64,000 nucleotides of DNA from positions 220,286,001-220,350,000 of the forward strand of contig OZ024743.1 of NCBI GenBank assembly GCA_964016885.1, written 5' to 3'. Below the pieces are notes generated by a model that made no database searches, was not told where the DNA came from, and saw nothing but the letters and a program-made list of their open reading frames with translations. The stretch is from Eledone cirrhosa (lineage: Eukaryota). The position numbers were made by a program, and so were the translations under genes. This document shows positions 40,080-53,857 of this stretch, in pieces (position 1 is the first letter of the stretch; every line of letters starts with the position of its first letter).

Positions 40080-41540
40080 GGGGCCGTGGAAGAATTTCTG
40101 AATCGTGGTGGGAGGAATTTGGACAATTTAGTTGTAGTGATTAGTTTAGCTCTTTGTACCCTAAAATGGTCAGAAAACTTCGATAGGTGATAAACTTAAC
40201 ATGTGCATAAATTGTAGCGCATGTCCAAATAAATGTGTGTTTTGGTAGTTTGAGGAGAAAATATAATTATTAGAACCCTTAGTTCGACCGCCACTGTGTA
40301 TATATAATTAAAACAAATATGCTCTGTGCTCTTTCCTAAGGGATTAATATATCGAGCTACTTCGCATTTGGTAGGAAACTGGTATTATACCAAATTTATT
40401 CATCTCGATTACAATTGTTGCCAATTTATTCATCTCGATATACATTCATTTATTATGGCTATTGGTGGGCTTTGTTACTCGAAAGTTTTACCTGCGCACA
40501 CACAGGATCACCAGCCTTGTCTGATGATCCTGTAAGTACACAGGTGAAACTTCAGAGTAACAAGACTTAGCCATAATAAATGAATATTTAAATTGTACTT
40601 CGGTATTGAGTTTTTATTCTTACTGTCCGTCAATAATTCACGTACTCTCAGGTCTTGAATAATTGTCTTCACCCCACCGCTTATTAATTTTTCAGACCCC
40701 TTCCTCCCGGTCTTTATTCCACCCACACCCCCATCCGTTTATTAAACTTTCCTAATCTCTCTCCGGCGAAATTTTATTGTAAGTGATTCATATTGATACA
40801 ATAGCTGGAGAATCTAATAATAATGTTTGCATAAAAGAAAAACATTATATATGACAGAAGAAGAATATTACAAGAAATTTCATATTTGCGCACGTACACT
40901 TTACAATTACTGATTTCCCAAGCCCTCGCTCCCCATTATTGCCACCCCTCCTATAATTTGGGACCCGAGTGTACCACCAAACTCTCCTCTCTATGTCTAT
41001 CATACAAAACTCTCTTTTAATCCCCCTCTCTATATCTACTAAAATCAAACTCTACCCCTCTATATATCTACCACGACACCGCCTCTCTTATCCCACTCTC
41101 TAAATCTAAGACTAATACACTCTCTCACTCTCTATAAATATCTAAACTTATCTCTCCCAATCCCCCTCTGTATATCAATCACCCCTAAACTCTCCCCCTC
41201 TCTTTATCAATTAACACCAAACTCTCCCCCTCTTTATATCTACTACACGGAACTCTCTTCAAACCATTCTCTCTATATCTACCATACAACACTCTCTCTC
41301 ATCCTATCTCACTCTACTCACCACTACCAAACTCTCTCCCACTCTATATCTATCAATACCAATCTCTATAAATCCTCTCCCTTTATTCGTTACCACCAAA
41401 CTCTCCGCCTCTTTTTACATCAACCATAGAACATACGCTCCCAATCCCCCTCTCTATATCAATTAAAACCAAACTCTACCCCTCTCTATATCTACTACAC
41501 GGAACTCTCTTCCAACCCCACTCTCTATATCAATTACCAC
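40080..41540 (+). repeat. Composite repeat (related to 7880-8070, 15190-16403 and 47318-47380) containing a MITE and a C/T-rich array
   Basis: Direct similarity between the copies. Confidence 0.7.
40643..40973. mobile_element. TA-flanked MITE
   Basis: Imperfect TIRs TACTCTCAGGTCTTGAATAAT / ATAATTTGGGACCCGAGTGTA. Confidence 0.55.
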
Positions 41541-41740
41541 TTGATATAGACGAGAATTACTTCGCTCAAGACTATTACGGATTATTGTAAAAAAACTGTG
41601 AGTTCATTTCTCAATTTAATAGCATTGTTTAGTTTAACCCCTTGCCTGGGCCTTCAGACGTTGAGTCAACTAATTTTCGCCCCTTTCTGCGGCGAAATTT
41701 TCATTTTCATCTCAAAACTGTGTAGACTTGGTAGTCAGCA

Positions 41741-43413
41741 ATGGATGCCAGTTCCACCTCGCACACTGTCGTGAGTGCCACGCCCACTAAGAAAAGTGGT
41801 GGAGGGAAGGTAGGAGTACAAAGCTTGCAGCCTTCCCCTCTCGCATTATCGAAAAACGTTGAAAATATTGAAACTACGAAACCAAACCCGGTAAATAATA
41901 CCAGCACCAACAACAAGAACAATGACAATAACACCACAACCAACAACTGCAACAATAGCAACACCAAGGAAAACATGAACAATATTACCAACAGTGACAA
42001 CAACAGCAGCAACAAAAAAGACAACAACACCAAAACAACATTCGCACAGACTGTAAAAAAAAAACGAACTATACACGCCATAACAAATGGTAAACAACTA
42101 TTACAAGACGCAAAACAATTCGTGACTTTTGGCGAAAACGGTGCTTTTAGCATCAATTCTCCACAGGAATTACGTAGAGAGGCTGTCCTGAAAACTGTGG
42201 TTTTCAGGACAATATCGAACGAAACAAGAAAACCAGCTCAATTATCACAAAATGAAATTGAGTAGGTTCTAAAAGATGCAATGAAGGACATAACCTTCAT
42301 ACAAAAAGGTAAACTGTTTGGTAGCATTTCGGTGCTAATGAACAACCAGTCAACAGCACAAAAGTACTCGGTATCACCCATTGTGTCCCCCCGCTTCACC
42401 TTTTTCCCCACATACAGGGGAAAAGGGACATAAAGAATAAAAATAATGAGTATCACACCAAATGTAAATATTTGGTGGATACTATGTGGAATCATTGACT
42501 TTGATGAAGACAAGATAATTTCAATAGGAAAGTCCCCCGGAGGTGTTTTTGGTGGGACCAGCGTAGAAGTTCTGGTGCAAATGAGCCCAGAACGAATAGC
42601 GAATATCCTACAACGCGTGCCTCTAGACGGGCTAACTTATATAAACATTTCAGTGGAGGGAAGGCGGCCGTCATGTTACCACTGCTTAAACAGGGGTCAC
42701 CTAAGGGCTGCCTGTCCTCAATTAACGAGTAAAAAAAAAAGGCTCTTCTGCCAACCCCAAACACAACAACACAACCACCACCACCACCACCACCACCACC
42801 ACCACCATCACCACCACCACCACCACAACAACAACAACAACAACCACAACAACACGGAAAAATAACAACACAAAACACTGTTCCACCCAACCCCTCCCCA
42901 CCTAAAACAAATACAAAAGCAACCACAACAAAACCCCCAAATATACCCCTCCCCAACAACACGGAAGAGGACTCCGTATCAACGTCACCCAGTGACGACG
43001 AGGGAGAACCCTTTCAACAGGTGAAAAGGAAAAAAAAAAGGCACCACAAAAATGCTACAAACACACAACCACCAGCACAAACAGAACAAACGTCACAAAC
43101 AAAAAAATCCACCCCTCCCCAAAACATAACACATACTACAAAACGCAAACACGCACAAGAACAACAAACAAAAACAAACACAACACAACAAAAACTCTAT
43201 ACATACATTAACAAGAACAATAAAACTTTGATGAAAGCAATAGAAAATAACCCTTCGGTGGAAACCGAAGGGATCACTTTCACCTACGCAGCGAACAAAC
43301 CGTACCTAATGATGATTAGGGTCCCAACGGAAACCTATGTAACTTTGAAAAAGAACCATCCAATGCATGTGGGGACCAACTGCACCAAACCACTTAACAG
43401 CGTCCTATTGTGA
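41741..43413 (+). pseudogene. Tx1 ORF1 (gag-like), with stop and frameshift
   Basis: N/T-rich N-terminus, TAG at 42263, zinc knuckle, frameshift at the A-run near 42731. Confidence 0.75.
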
Positions 43414-43615
43414 TGTTTCCCCACCCCACACCAGACACCCACACCCCACCAAACACCCTAATCCCACCACACACTGATGTCCTCACCCCACCACAAACCA
43501 CCACCCCACCAAACAACCCTTCCAACACCCCCATGGAAATTGTGCAGCCTGGTCCCCAGGAGACGAAGAGGTAAGTAATTTCCTTTCCTCTTCCTTTAAA
43601 CTCTTCAGCACCAAC

Positions 43616-46600
43616 ATGGCCAATATAAGAGTTGGATGTGTGAATGCACGCGGCCTGGGGATGTCCTGGAAACAGGGCAAACTCTTAAATGACCTCAGGT
43701 CGCACATGGTTATTTGCGAGTTCAGGATCAGCAGCGAGCGCCAACTGGCTCCCATCTTCGACGACTTTGAGATCTACGCATCTCTCTGTCAGCCGAGGGG
43801 TGGGGTTGTCGTTCTGCTGCGAAAATACCTGGGTCTTGCCACACAAAAGGTACACCTGGACCCGGAGGGTCGACTGGTGGTTTTAGACGTCGGCAGTGGT
43901 GAAGGTGGAGCTTTCAGGCTGGTGGCAGCGTATGCCCCATCTGGGACACCACGACCGGACTTCTTCCGACGCCTGGAGAATTTCCTGGGAACGTCTCGCT
44001 CCTTGCTTTTAGTGGGGGACTGGAATGGTATCCTGGATGCACGTTGGGACTATGTAGGGGCATGTCCCGATAGAGGGGGGGGGTGTAACAGCCTCAAACG
44101 ATTAATCGGCCGATTTGATCTGGCCGATAGATACCGACTAGATTTTCCGACTGTGCCACTGTGGACGTGGACTAATCTCAGCGGAACATCTAGGTCGTAA
44201 CTAGATAGGTTCCTAGTTAGAAATAAGGATAGGGACATATTAAGCTGTCCACGAATGTTCATGGTTGACTATTCGGATCACAAGTTGGTGACCGGAGTGG
44301 TCAACCTTGATAGAACTCATAGACAGGGACCCGGTTACTGGAAGCTAAACTTGTCTTTATCGACAAACAAAGCTTACAGTAAGCGGATTAGCACACTAGT
44401 TAAGCAGCGTTTGACGGGGGAAATTGTCAACAGCAGGTGGTGGGGATCTCTCAAGAGAGAAATTAGAATAGAATCGATAGGTTTCAGTCGGGAATTAGCA
44501 TCAGATAGGAATAGGACTGAAAGGGAATTAATAAATAGAGTAGAAGAGGCGATTAGGAGTGGCAACGTGGCCGGCGTGCTGGCGTCAAGAACGGCCCTAG
44601 ACCAGTTCTTTGATGCGAAGCACGAGGGCTGCGTTGTCAGGAGTAAAATACGTGCTCTGGGTAACAAGGGAGCCAAAGCTGTTAGCTGGGCCCGAGTGAC
44701 AGAGGCAACAAGTGGAAACAAGTCCACGATTCGGTCTTTGAAGGACCAGGATCGACGCGTGATCCTTGAACCTGGGCGGATGAGCGCGGCCTTTCAACGG
44801 CGCTTTGAACGACTGTTCGGAAGGGGCGCGGGCCGGGTGGGGCCATGGATTTCGGTCCATACCTCGACCGTCTGGCGCGGCTCTCGGACGGGGAGGCGAA
44901 GTGCTGCGAGAGGCCGATTTCAGCCGCTGAAATAGGGGAAGCGCTGAGCCAATGCGGCAAACGCAAATCTCCGGGTCTCGATGGTCTACCATACGAACTT
45001 TATGTAGCGATGCCGGGCTTGTTCTCCGGTCTCCTCAAGGCCGTCTACTGCAACTGGCAACAGAACGGGAGAATTCCCAGTTCTGTGATTAAGGGCGTAG
45101 TCACGCTGGTGAGGAAGGATGAGAACAAGGGGGATGACATAGATAACTTCAGGCCCATAACTCTGCTAAACACAGAGTTAAAGATTTTGGCCAAGGTGTT
45201 AGCGAAGAGGTTGGCGCTTGTCGTCGGGAACCTGGTGGGAGAAGCGCAGACATGCGCAATCCCGTCCAGGCCCATACACGACAACCTCCACCTCATGCGA
45301 TACATCGTAGAGAGGGTAGGGAACGAACCCGGCTTTGGTGGGGCCCTGATCAACTTGGATCAATCTAAGGCGTTCGATAGGGTTGACCATCGGTACGTGG
45401 ATGCGGTGCTCGCGGCGGCAGGCTTCGGACCCGTTTTCAGGGGCTGGATTGCTGCAATGCACAGCAGCAACACCTGCTCAAGGGTCAAGGTGAACGGCTA
45501 CCTCTCGGAGCCGTTCCAAATCACGCGATCCATCCGACAGGGATGCCCTCTTTCCTCCCTCCTGTATGTGCTGGCACTCGAGCCACTACTGCGGAAGCTG
45601 GAGCTGTTGCAGGGCATCCCCTTGGAACCGGGATTGCGGAAAGCGGTGTCGGCCTACGCCGATGACGTGACAGTAATGGTGTCGTGCGCCTCGGAAATCG
45701 GGCAGATCGGCACCTTACTGGAGGAATATGAAAGGTTCACAGGAGCCAAGCTGAACCGGGACAAGTCCGTCGGTTTGCAACTCGGGAGGTGGAGGGGCAA
45801 AACGATGCCCTCCGACGGCATCGTCGAACGCTGGACGGAGGGACCGGTGAAGCTGCTCGGGGTCTGGTTCAGACTGGACCTCCAGGTGGAGAAAAACTGG
45901 GACGAGGTAACGGGCAAGGTCTTTGCTCTCGCCCTGAAGTGGGCTGAGTGCAAACTATCCCTGGAAGGTCGAGCGGAGGTGGCGAACGCTTATATAGAGT
46001 CCGTCATCTAATACCGCTTGACCGTCGTGCCTTGCCCAGAGAAAACACTCGCCAAAATGGAGCGCGTGCTCTTCCGATTTCTTTGGAAGAAGCGGGCTCC
46101 TTTGGTGAGAAGATCCATCTGCTGTCAACACCCTTCGAACGGGGGGCTGGGGATGCCGTGGCTGACGATGCGTAGACACGCATTAAGGCTACGGCACCTC
46201 CAGGTATTCTTCACCGGTCAGCCGGTGTGGGCCCTGTTTGTGAGGCGAGCCTTTCCGAGACTCGTCTCACTCACTGAGCTGCAATCCTGGGTCAAACAAA
46301 GACCGAGAAAAGTGGGCGACTGGCACATTGAATGTGCCCAGGCGCTTACGGCCCTCTAGCAAGCGGATCCGGCAATCAGTGGAGACTCAACCTCAACATT
46401 CTATAGAGGGTTGGTGCGCAGTAAGTGCGACGACGCTCTCGGAGAGGCTCTGGGCATGGAGGAAGATGAACTGGCCAGTCTGTTCGGTAGGACGTTTGGC
46501 CCGGGACCGATGGACAACTTCCAAAAGTCCCTGGCTTGGCAATGTTACCGAGGAGCTCTACCCGTTCTGGACAAGCTCTACAGACACGGGCGCCCGGGTA

Positions 46601-47036
46601 GGGACCCCTCGAAGAAGATCTGTCCGAGATGCCTGCGTGACGAGGAAAGCGTCTCACACGCATTCGTACACTGCTCGGGTGTTGCTGACCTGTGGGGCTA
46701 TGTGGAACGACTACTGCCGCGGGTGGGACCAATCCGGTTGACCACCGAGAACATTGTCACGATCAAACCGCCTCCCCTTTCAAAAACGAAGGAGAGGCGG
46801 TTTTCCTCTGTGTGATAGCTATGGCGAAAGAAGTTGTATTGTGGACAAGGTTGAAAGGGTTGAGGTTAGACACCTTTCTCTCCGGCCAACAACTGGTCTT
46901 TTTTTTTAAGTACCACTTTAGAAGAAGGATCAGAATGGAGAGAGAGGTGCTTTACCCCAGCAAGTTTTATGAAAGGTGGGTGAAAGTAGCGAGAATGGTC
47001 CGAGTGAATGGGCCTTCTCTCTATATCAGCCTGTAG
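43616..47036 (+). pseudogene. Tx1 ORF2 (APE-RT), several stops and frameshifts
   Basis: ORF pieces 43616-44200, 44255-44935, 44845-46011, 46018-46359, 46411-46815, 46692-47036. Confidence 0.92.
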
Positions 47037-47406
47037 GTGAGAGAGGAGAAGAATGAGAAGAGGAAGGAAGCACCCGCTCTTTGTGCTCCTGAAGAGGAGG
47101 GTTGCACATTTTTTCGGGGGTGTGTGCGACCCATGTCAACGCCCCTCCCTATTCAGGACATCGATTGTTAAATTTAATTTGTTATATGTTTTTTACACGT
47201 CTTTTTAAATGTATGTAAACTCCCCCCTTTGTATTTGTCTCAATCTTTGAAGCCCTGGTGGCAAATAAATAGAAATTTATATCTATCTCTCCCATGTGTC
47301 TCTACATAACACGTACAACATAAATTGTAGCGCATACACAAATAGATGTGTGTTTTGGTAGTATGGGGAGAATAATATAATCCGGGGGAGGGGAACGTGC
47401 ATGTAT

Positions 47407-47454
<48 letters not shown>

Positions 47455-47457
<3 letters not shown>

Positions 47458-47622
47458 TAGAAGGGGTATTTAATTTGTTGGAAGTCCGATAAATATAAAT
47501 GTTTATAACTGATTTAGACAACTCAACAAATTCTTGGAGTAAATATTCAATGATATTAAATAAATGGAAACTATATTTATAAAACCATATTTATTTTATT
47601 ATAAATATTTCAAGGGTACCAA
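47455..47622 (-). mobile_element. Solo pLTR fragment of the Penelope element 1 family
   Basis: Matches 12320-12488 (ATTAA..TGGAAACTATATTTATAAAACCATATTTATTTTATTAT..ATTTCAAGGG). Confidence 0.75.
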
Positions 47623-47624
47623 AA

Positions 47625-50600
47625 CACAATTCTTATCCACCTGGAGGTCTGGCCCGAACCAAACCCCTAGCAACTTTACCGGTCCGTCCGTCCAGCGCCT
47701 ATCGACGCTGTTGGACGGCATGGACTTGCCTCTCCAGGTGCCGAGTTGCAAGCCTACTGACTTTTCCGGGTTAAGTTTTGCTCACGTCAATCTTTCATAT
47801 TCCTCCAATAAGTTGCCGACCACCTTGATTTCTGAGGTGTCCGACACCATCACGGTGATGTCGTAGGCATGAGCCGACACAGCCTTTCCGCGTCCCGGTT
47901 CGAGCGGGATACCCTGCAACAGCTCCAACTTCCGCCGTAAAGGCTCGAGAGTCAATACGTACAGAAGGGAGGGAGAGGCACCGTTGACGGACCGATCAGG
48001 AGACCTGAAACGGTTCCGAGAGGTGGTCATTAATTTTGACCATCGAGCAGGTGCCGCTGTGCATTGCAGCGATCCAGCTTCTGAAGACGGGGCCGAAGCC
48101 AGCCGCCTTGAGGACAGCCTCCAGGTACCGATGGTCGACCCTATCGAATGCTTTCGATTGATCTAAATTGATCAGAGTCCCTCCGAAGCCAGGTTTACAC
48201 CCTACCCTCTCTATGATGTATCGCTTTAGGTGGAGGTTGTCGTGTATGGACCTGGTTGGGATTGCGCAAGTTTGCGCCTCCCCAACCAAATCCCCGACGA
48301 CAAGCGCCAACCTCTTCGCTAACACCCTGGCCAAAATCTTAAACTCTGTGTTGAGCAGAGTTATGGGCCTGAAATTGTCTAATGTGTCCCTCTTGTTATC
48401 GTCTTTCCTTATCAGCGTCACTACGCCCCGGCTCACAGAACTGGGAATACTCCCGTTTTGCTGTCAGTTGCAGTAGAGGGCTTCGAGGAGATTGGAGAAC
48501 AAGTCTGGCATATTTACGTAAAGCTAGTAGGGCAGACCATCCAAACCGGGTGACTTGCGCCTCATGCAGCCGACAAGGGCATCCTGAATCTCGGCTGAAG
48601 TAATTGGCCTTTCGCAGCGCCCAGCGTCAGCCGTCGAGAGTTGCGGCAAGCCATCGAGTTAGGGACTGAAGTCCGTCACCATCTCTGACCCGCCACTTCC
48701 CCCGAACAACCGAGCAAAATGTTGGCGAAAGGCCTCACACATCCTCTTGGAATCGCTCAGCTCATGCCCGTCTCGGTCCGTCAAAGACCGAATCGTGGTT
48801 TTATTACCACGCTGCGCCTCTGCCACGCGGGCCCATCGAACAGCTTTGGTTCCTCGTTTCTCAGAGCACGCGCCTTAGCTCTGACAATGCAACCTTCTAT
48901 TTTTCTCTAACGCTACTTTGCTAAACTCTATCGACATTATTCTAATCACTCTTTTGAGAGCCCCCCCCCCCCCCACCATCTATTGTTGACGACTCCCCCT
49001 GTCAACTTTTTCTTAACTAAATTGTTGACCTTGTCCCTGTAAGCCTTACGTGCCGGAAATGACATGTTTAGCTTCCAGTAACCAGGTCCTAAGCTACGCG
49101 TCTTATCTATGTCGACCATACAGATCACAAACTTGTGATCTGAATAGGCGACCGTTTCAAAACGTGGACAGCTTACACTATTTCTGTCTATTTTCCTAAT
49201 GAATATCCTGTCTATATACGATCTAGATGACCCTATGCGGTTAGCCCAGGTCCACACTGGCGCATTAGGGAAATCTAGTCGGTACCTGTCAGACAGTTGG
49301 AACTGGCTGATCAGGTTCTCGAGGCTTTTGCACCCCCCTCTCCTATCGGATACTCCCACTCAGTCCCAGCGTGCATCTAAGATGCCGTTCCAGTCCCCCG
49401 CTAACAGTAAAGGGCGAGACGTACCCAGAAAGGCTTACAGGCGTCTAAAGAGGTCCGGCTGTCCTGCCCCAGTAGGAGCATAGACGGCCACCAGTCTAAA
49501 AGCATCACCTTCGTTATTGTTCACGTCCAGGACAACCAAATTCCCGCCCGGGTCCCGGAAGATCGACCTTACCTCGAGATCCAGGCCTTTCCTAAACAGC
49601 ACTGCCACCCCGCCGCCCATTCCCGGCCGGCTAACAGATGCAAAGATATGATAGTCGTCGCAAATGGGGGCTAGTGCGCGCGTGTCGGAAATCCTGGTCT
49701 CGCTGTTGGCAATTACATCCATTTCTATAGACCTGAGGTCGTTGAGCAGGTGACCCTGCTTCCAGGACGATCCCAGGCCTCGAACATTTAAACATCCTAC
49801 TCTTAATACGGCCATGTTGGCAGGTTAAAAAGAGAGAGAGGAAGGTTTATTTACCTTCCGGGCTCTTGTGAAGGTCGGGTTGTTCGACCTCCATAGTTGG
49901 TGGGGTTTCTTTTGGGAACCCCTTTAAAATTTAAACATTTAAACATTTACACCTCTTTTTGTATATTTTCACTTCGTACTACGAGGGCCATCAGTTCCTT
50001 GTTGGCCCTCCTGACGAGCACGGAGTTTTGTATGTTTTGTTGATGTGATTTTATTTGTCTGCGAAGCTGTGGTGGTGATGGTTTTGGTGGTGTTGTTTCG
50101 GTTGTATCTGTGTTTGTTGTGAGTGCGGTGTCTGTGGTTTTAGATGTTTGTGTGTATATTTGTTCTTGCATCTGTTTAGGTTGTTTGCGTTTGGGGTATT
50201 CTGGTGATGGTGATGGTGGTGTTGATGTTGGTGTTATTGGAGAGATGTTTGCGTGGGTGGTGTCTGCGTTTCTTATTGTGGGTAATTTTGTGGTTTGTTG
50301 AGTTTTTTTTTTCTTTTTGTGTTTCCTTTTTTGTATTTTGGGGGATTTTGGTTTTCCCTCATCTTCACTACTGGTAGATGAGGGGTCTGTGTCTGTAAGT
50401 GTGCCTGTATGTATGTTTATGGTTTTATTGGTGTGTGTATTTTGGGGGGGGGGGGGGGAAATTTGACAGCTTTCCTCGTTTCCCCTCTGGGTGGTCAATG
50501 TTGGTGGTGGTCTTTCTATTGGTGTTGTTGTTGGTGGTTTTGCCGGTGCTGGTGCTGGTTGTGGTCCTCGCCCCGGCGTCAGCAGCAGTGGAGCTTTTCG

Positions 50601-51915
50601 ACCCCTTGCAGTTGAGGGCAGAAGGCTCGCAAATGGGTTTTTTCCCCACAAACAAAACACTGCGGCCTTTGCCTTCGGTCATAATGTGAATGACCGTCCA
50701 ATTCTGAAGGCGGATGTGGTCCGGGATTGTCTTCACATTCTCGGGCCTGATCTGGAGAAGGATCTCCAGGTCAACTCCGGACCAGTCCTCTCTGGCCGTT
50801 CTGGTCACTTCTATAGGGACTGTATCCGTCCCCTCCACAATCACACATTCCAGAAGCCACCACATGTCAAGTCCTGGTGGGATTCTGGGAATGCGGAGAC
50901 GGGCCGTTCTTTTTCCCATGTGGGAGGGGTACATTATGACCTTGCTGGTTTTGCAAGGAGTCATAGCGTGTTTCATAGCGAGCGCTTCTGACTTGAACAA
51001 CACCGAAATGGTGCCATACTGTCTGCCCCTCTCTATGTATTCGGCGTCTTCTCTGATGCACCTCAGTGCGACTTCGACATCTTCTTGTGGGATTAAAGCT
51101 GCCTTTTTGGTTTGTGCTGAGATGCATCTATAATGCACCGTTCTGCGCTCCACTGCCTCAATAGCTTCTACCGGGACAGTTAAGTTGGCCCAGGTTTGCT
51201 CTTGCTTGATGAGCTTCCATGCCTGGGTCAACTTTTCATCTTTGTTTGAGAGGTCCATGTTGAAGCATGGCCTCTTTTTTGCTGCTGCCGCAGAGAAAGT
51301 GTTCCTCTTGTTTTCGTTGGGGGTGTTGTTGTCGTTGTCGTTGTTCTTGTTGGTGTTGTTGTTAGCACTATCGCTGTTATCATTGTTGTCTTTGTTGCCA
51401 CCGTTGTTCTCGGTGCAGTTGGTATTGTTGCTGTTGGTGTTATCGCTATTTGTTTTCATGTTAGTGGTGTTGATATTGTTGTTGTATTTGTTATTTTTTT
51501 TTTGTTATCTGTATTTTTGATGTCGCTGTTACTGTCATTTTTTTATTTTTAATTAGAGTTCTCCTTGGTCTCATTGGTGTCTTTGTTTACATTGTTTGTG
51601 GTGGTGTTTGTGTTATCAATGTGTGTTAATTTCGCTGTAGCGCTCCTCTCAACTTCCACGTCGTTGTCCAACGACAGCAAACATATCGCTGGGTGGCGTG
51701 GCTCAGCCATGTTTTTTTTTCTCCGTAAATGTTTTAACATGTAAAAAAATTTAAAATATTTGAATGAAAAGGCCCAAATATTATACTTTCCCCTTCACAG
51801 GGCAAAGTCTAAGGGCTTATATCCCTTACACAACAAGAAATATTTAACAACAAATAATTTTAACAGGCAAATAAAGCGACTTACTGGGAGCGAGAAAAAT
51901 ACGTTCGCTTAGACC
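47625..51915 (-). mobile_element. L1/Tx1-clade LINE copy 2 (5' UTR, ORF1, APE-RT), internally deleted and 3'-truncated
   Basis: MAVLRVGCLNVRGL..; YSDHK..GPGYWKLN; FRPITLLN..DQSKAFD; ORF1 pieces at 51710-49950. Confidence 0.9.
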
Positions 51916-51937
51916 AATAATAATAATAATAATAATG

Positions 51938-53600
51938 GTTTCTTTATTAACGACAAGGGTTGACACAAAGTATAACATTAAGGACAACACAGGACAATAC
52001 TGGACGGTATAAATGGGCATTTCTGCGTGTAAAAAAACAACAAAAACAGAGGATGTAACAAAAAAAGGAAACAATGAAAAATTCCCCAATACGGGGGAGA
52101 CTTCCGAGGGTCGCTCGCGGAGAACGCCCACAAAAAAGCCACGGTTACGCTGACCGCTGGGGCAAGTGCCCTCTTCCAGTTTTCCTCCCACTATGCTACA
52201 GGCACACGCTCAAGGTAAGCCCATTCACATGGGCCATTCTTGTCTCTCTCACCCACCTTTCAACAAACTGGCTGGAAGGCAGCACTTTCCTCTCCACCCT
52301 GATTTTCCTTTTTAGGTGAAACCTGAAAAAGTTAATGAGGGCATCACCGAAGAGGAACGTACCCGCCTTCAACCCTTTCAAACGTGTCCACCAGCTGATA
52401 GCCGGATCCGTCCTACACGCGACAGCTGGTGTTCGACACAAACCCACAAGTCAGCAATGCTCGAATACTGGACGAGTGCGTGCAGGACGGTTTCATCGCC
52501 CTGCGTGCATCTCGGACAGGCTCGGCTGATGGCACTTCCATGCCTGTAGAGTTTATCACGAACTGGCTAGCCTCCTCGATAGGGATTTCTGAAAGTTGTC
52601 CAGGGGCCCAGGCCCGAAAGCTCTCCCGAAGAGATTGGCTAGTTGGTTTTCGTCGACGCCTAGAGTCTCCCCAAGGACGATGTCGCTCTTTCCCTCCACT
52701 AACCCTCTATAGAATGCCAAGGTGGAGTTTCCACCGATCGTATTGCCCGACTGGTTGAGGGCTATAAGCACCTGAAGACATTCCAGTCTCCAAGCGCTTC
52801 CTCTCGGTCTTCGCTTGACCCAGAACTGCAGCCCCGTCAAGGAGACGAGCTGGGGAAACACGCGTCTAGCAAAGGACGACCACACCTGATCACCGTCGAG
52901 GAAGAGGTGGAGATGCCGTAGCCTGAGCGTATGTCTGCGCACCATCAGCCATGATATGCCCAGCCCTCTGCATAACGGGTGTTGACAGCAGTTGGGCTGT
53001 CTGACCAACGGAGCACGCCCCTTCCATAAAAAGCGAAAGAGCAAACGCACCAGCGTAGTCAGGCGAGGCTTAGGACAAGGTACGACGGTCAGGCGGTAGT
53101 AGATGACGGACGCGATGTATGCGTTCGCCACCTCCGCTTGACCTTTCAGGGATAGCTTCCTCTCGACCCATTTCTGAGTGAGAGAAGCCACCCTGCTCGT
53201 CACCTCGTCCCAGTTTTTGTCCGAACCAGACCCCTAGCAATTTAACCGGTCCGTCCGTCCAGCGCCCTACGATGCTGTTGGACGGCATGGACCTGCCTCT
53301 CCAGGTGCCGAGTTGCAGACCCACTGACTTTTCCTGGTTGATTATTGCTCCGGTCACCGCCTCGTATTCTCTTAGTGTGCCGGTAGCCTCGATGTGTTAG
53401 GGCGTTCGACACCACTACGGTGACCTCGTCTGCATCTGCTGACACGGTTCTTCCGCATCCCAGTTCGCGCGGAGCCCCCTCAACACTCCAGAAGAATTCA
53501 GGCCGTCCTGCTCCTGTTGGGGCATAGACAGCAACTAACCTGAAAGCTTGCCCGTCTCCGCTGGTCACATCCAGCACCACCAACTTACCTTCTGATCCAG
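51938..53600 (-). mobile_element. Tx1 copy 3: APE fragment fused to the RT C-terminal half and 3' UTR, with (ATT)n tail
   Basis: FRLVAVYAPTG..FFW|SVEG..SADADEVTV; KLSLKGQAEVANAYI; WWTRLKG. Confidence 0.88.
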
Positions 53601-53627
53601 ACTTCTCCGGAAATAATAATAATAATA

Positions 53628-53810
53628 ATTGTTTCTACTTTAGGCACAAGGCCAGCAATTACCCAGTGCATTACTGGTACTTTTTTTATCGACCCCGTAA
53701 GGATGAAAGGCAAAGTCAACCTCGGCGGGATTTGAACTCAGAATGGCAAGGGCCGTAACTCTATGCGCCAAAACATGGCGTCCGACCCTCTACTGATACT
53801 GCCAATCCAC
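53628..53810 (-). mobile_element. SINE (major family) with (ATT)n tail
   Basis: Consensus match. Confidence 0.9.
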
Positions 53811-53857
53811 AAAATGAAGAAGAAGAAGAAGAAGAAGAAGAAGAAGAAGAAGAAGAA

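Larger units (their letters stand above)
41547..47275 (+). mobile_element. L1/Tx1-clade LINE, near full length
   Basis: ORF1 with CCHC knuckle CYHCLNRGHLRAAC; ORF2 with APE (NARGL, GDWN, SDH), RT (KSPGLDG, FRPITLLN, DQSKAFD, RQGCPLS, YADD) and C-terminal CPRC..HAFVHC; AATAAA at the 3' end. Confidence 0.93.

Noticed and set aside
42770-42865. Poly-His/poly-Asn protein tail
   Set aside because: It is a (CAC)n/(CAA)n tract read after a probable frameshift at the A-run near 42731 in Tx1 ORF1; the neighbouring frame continues as a Pro/Thr-rich linker.
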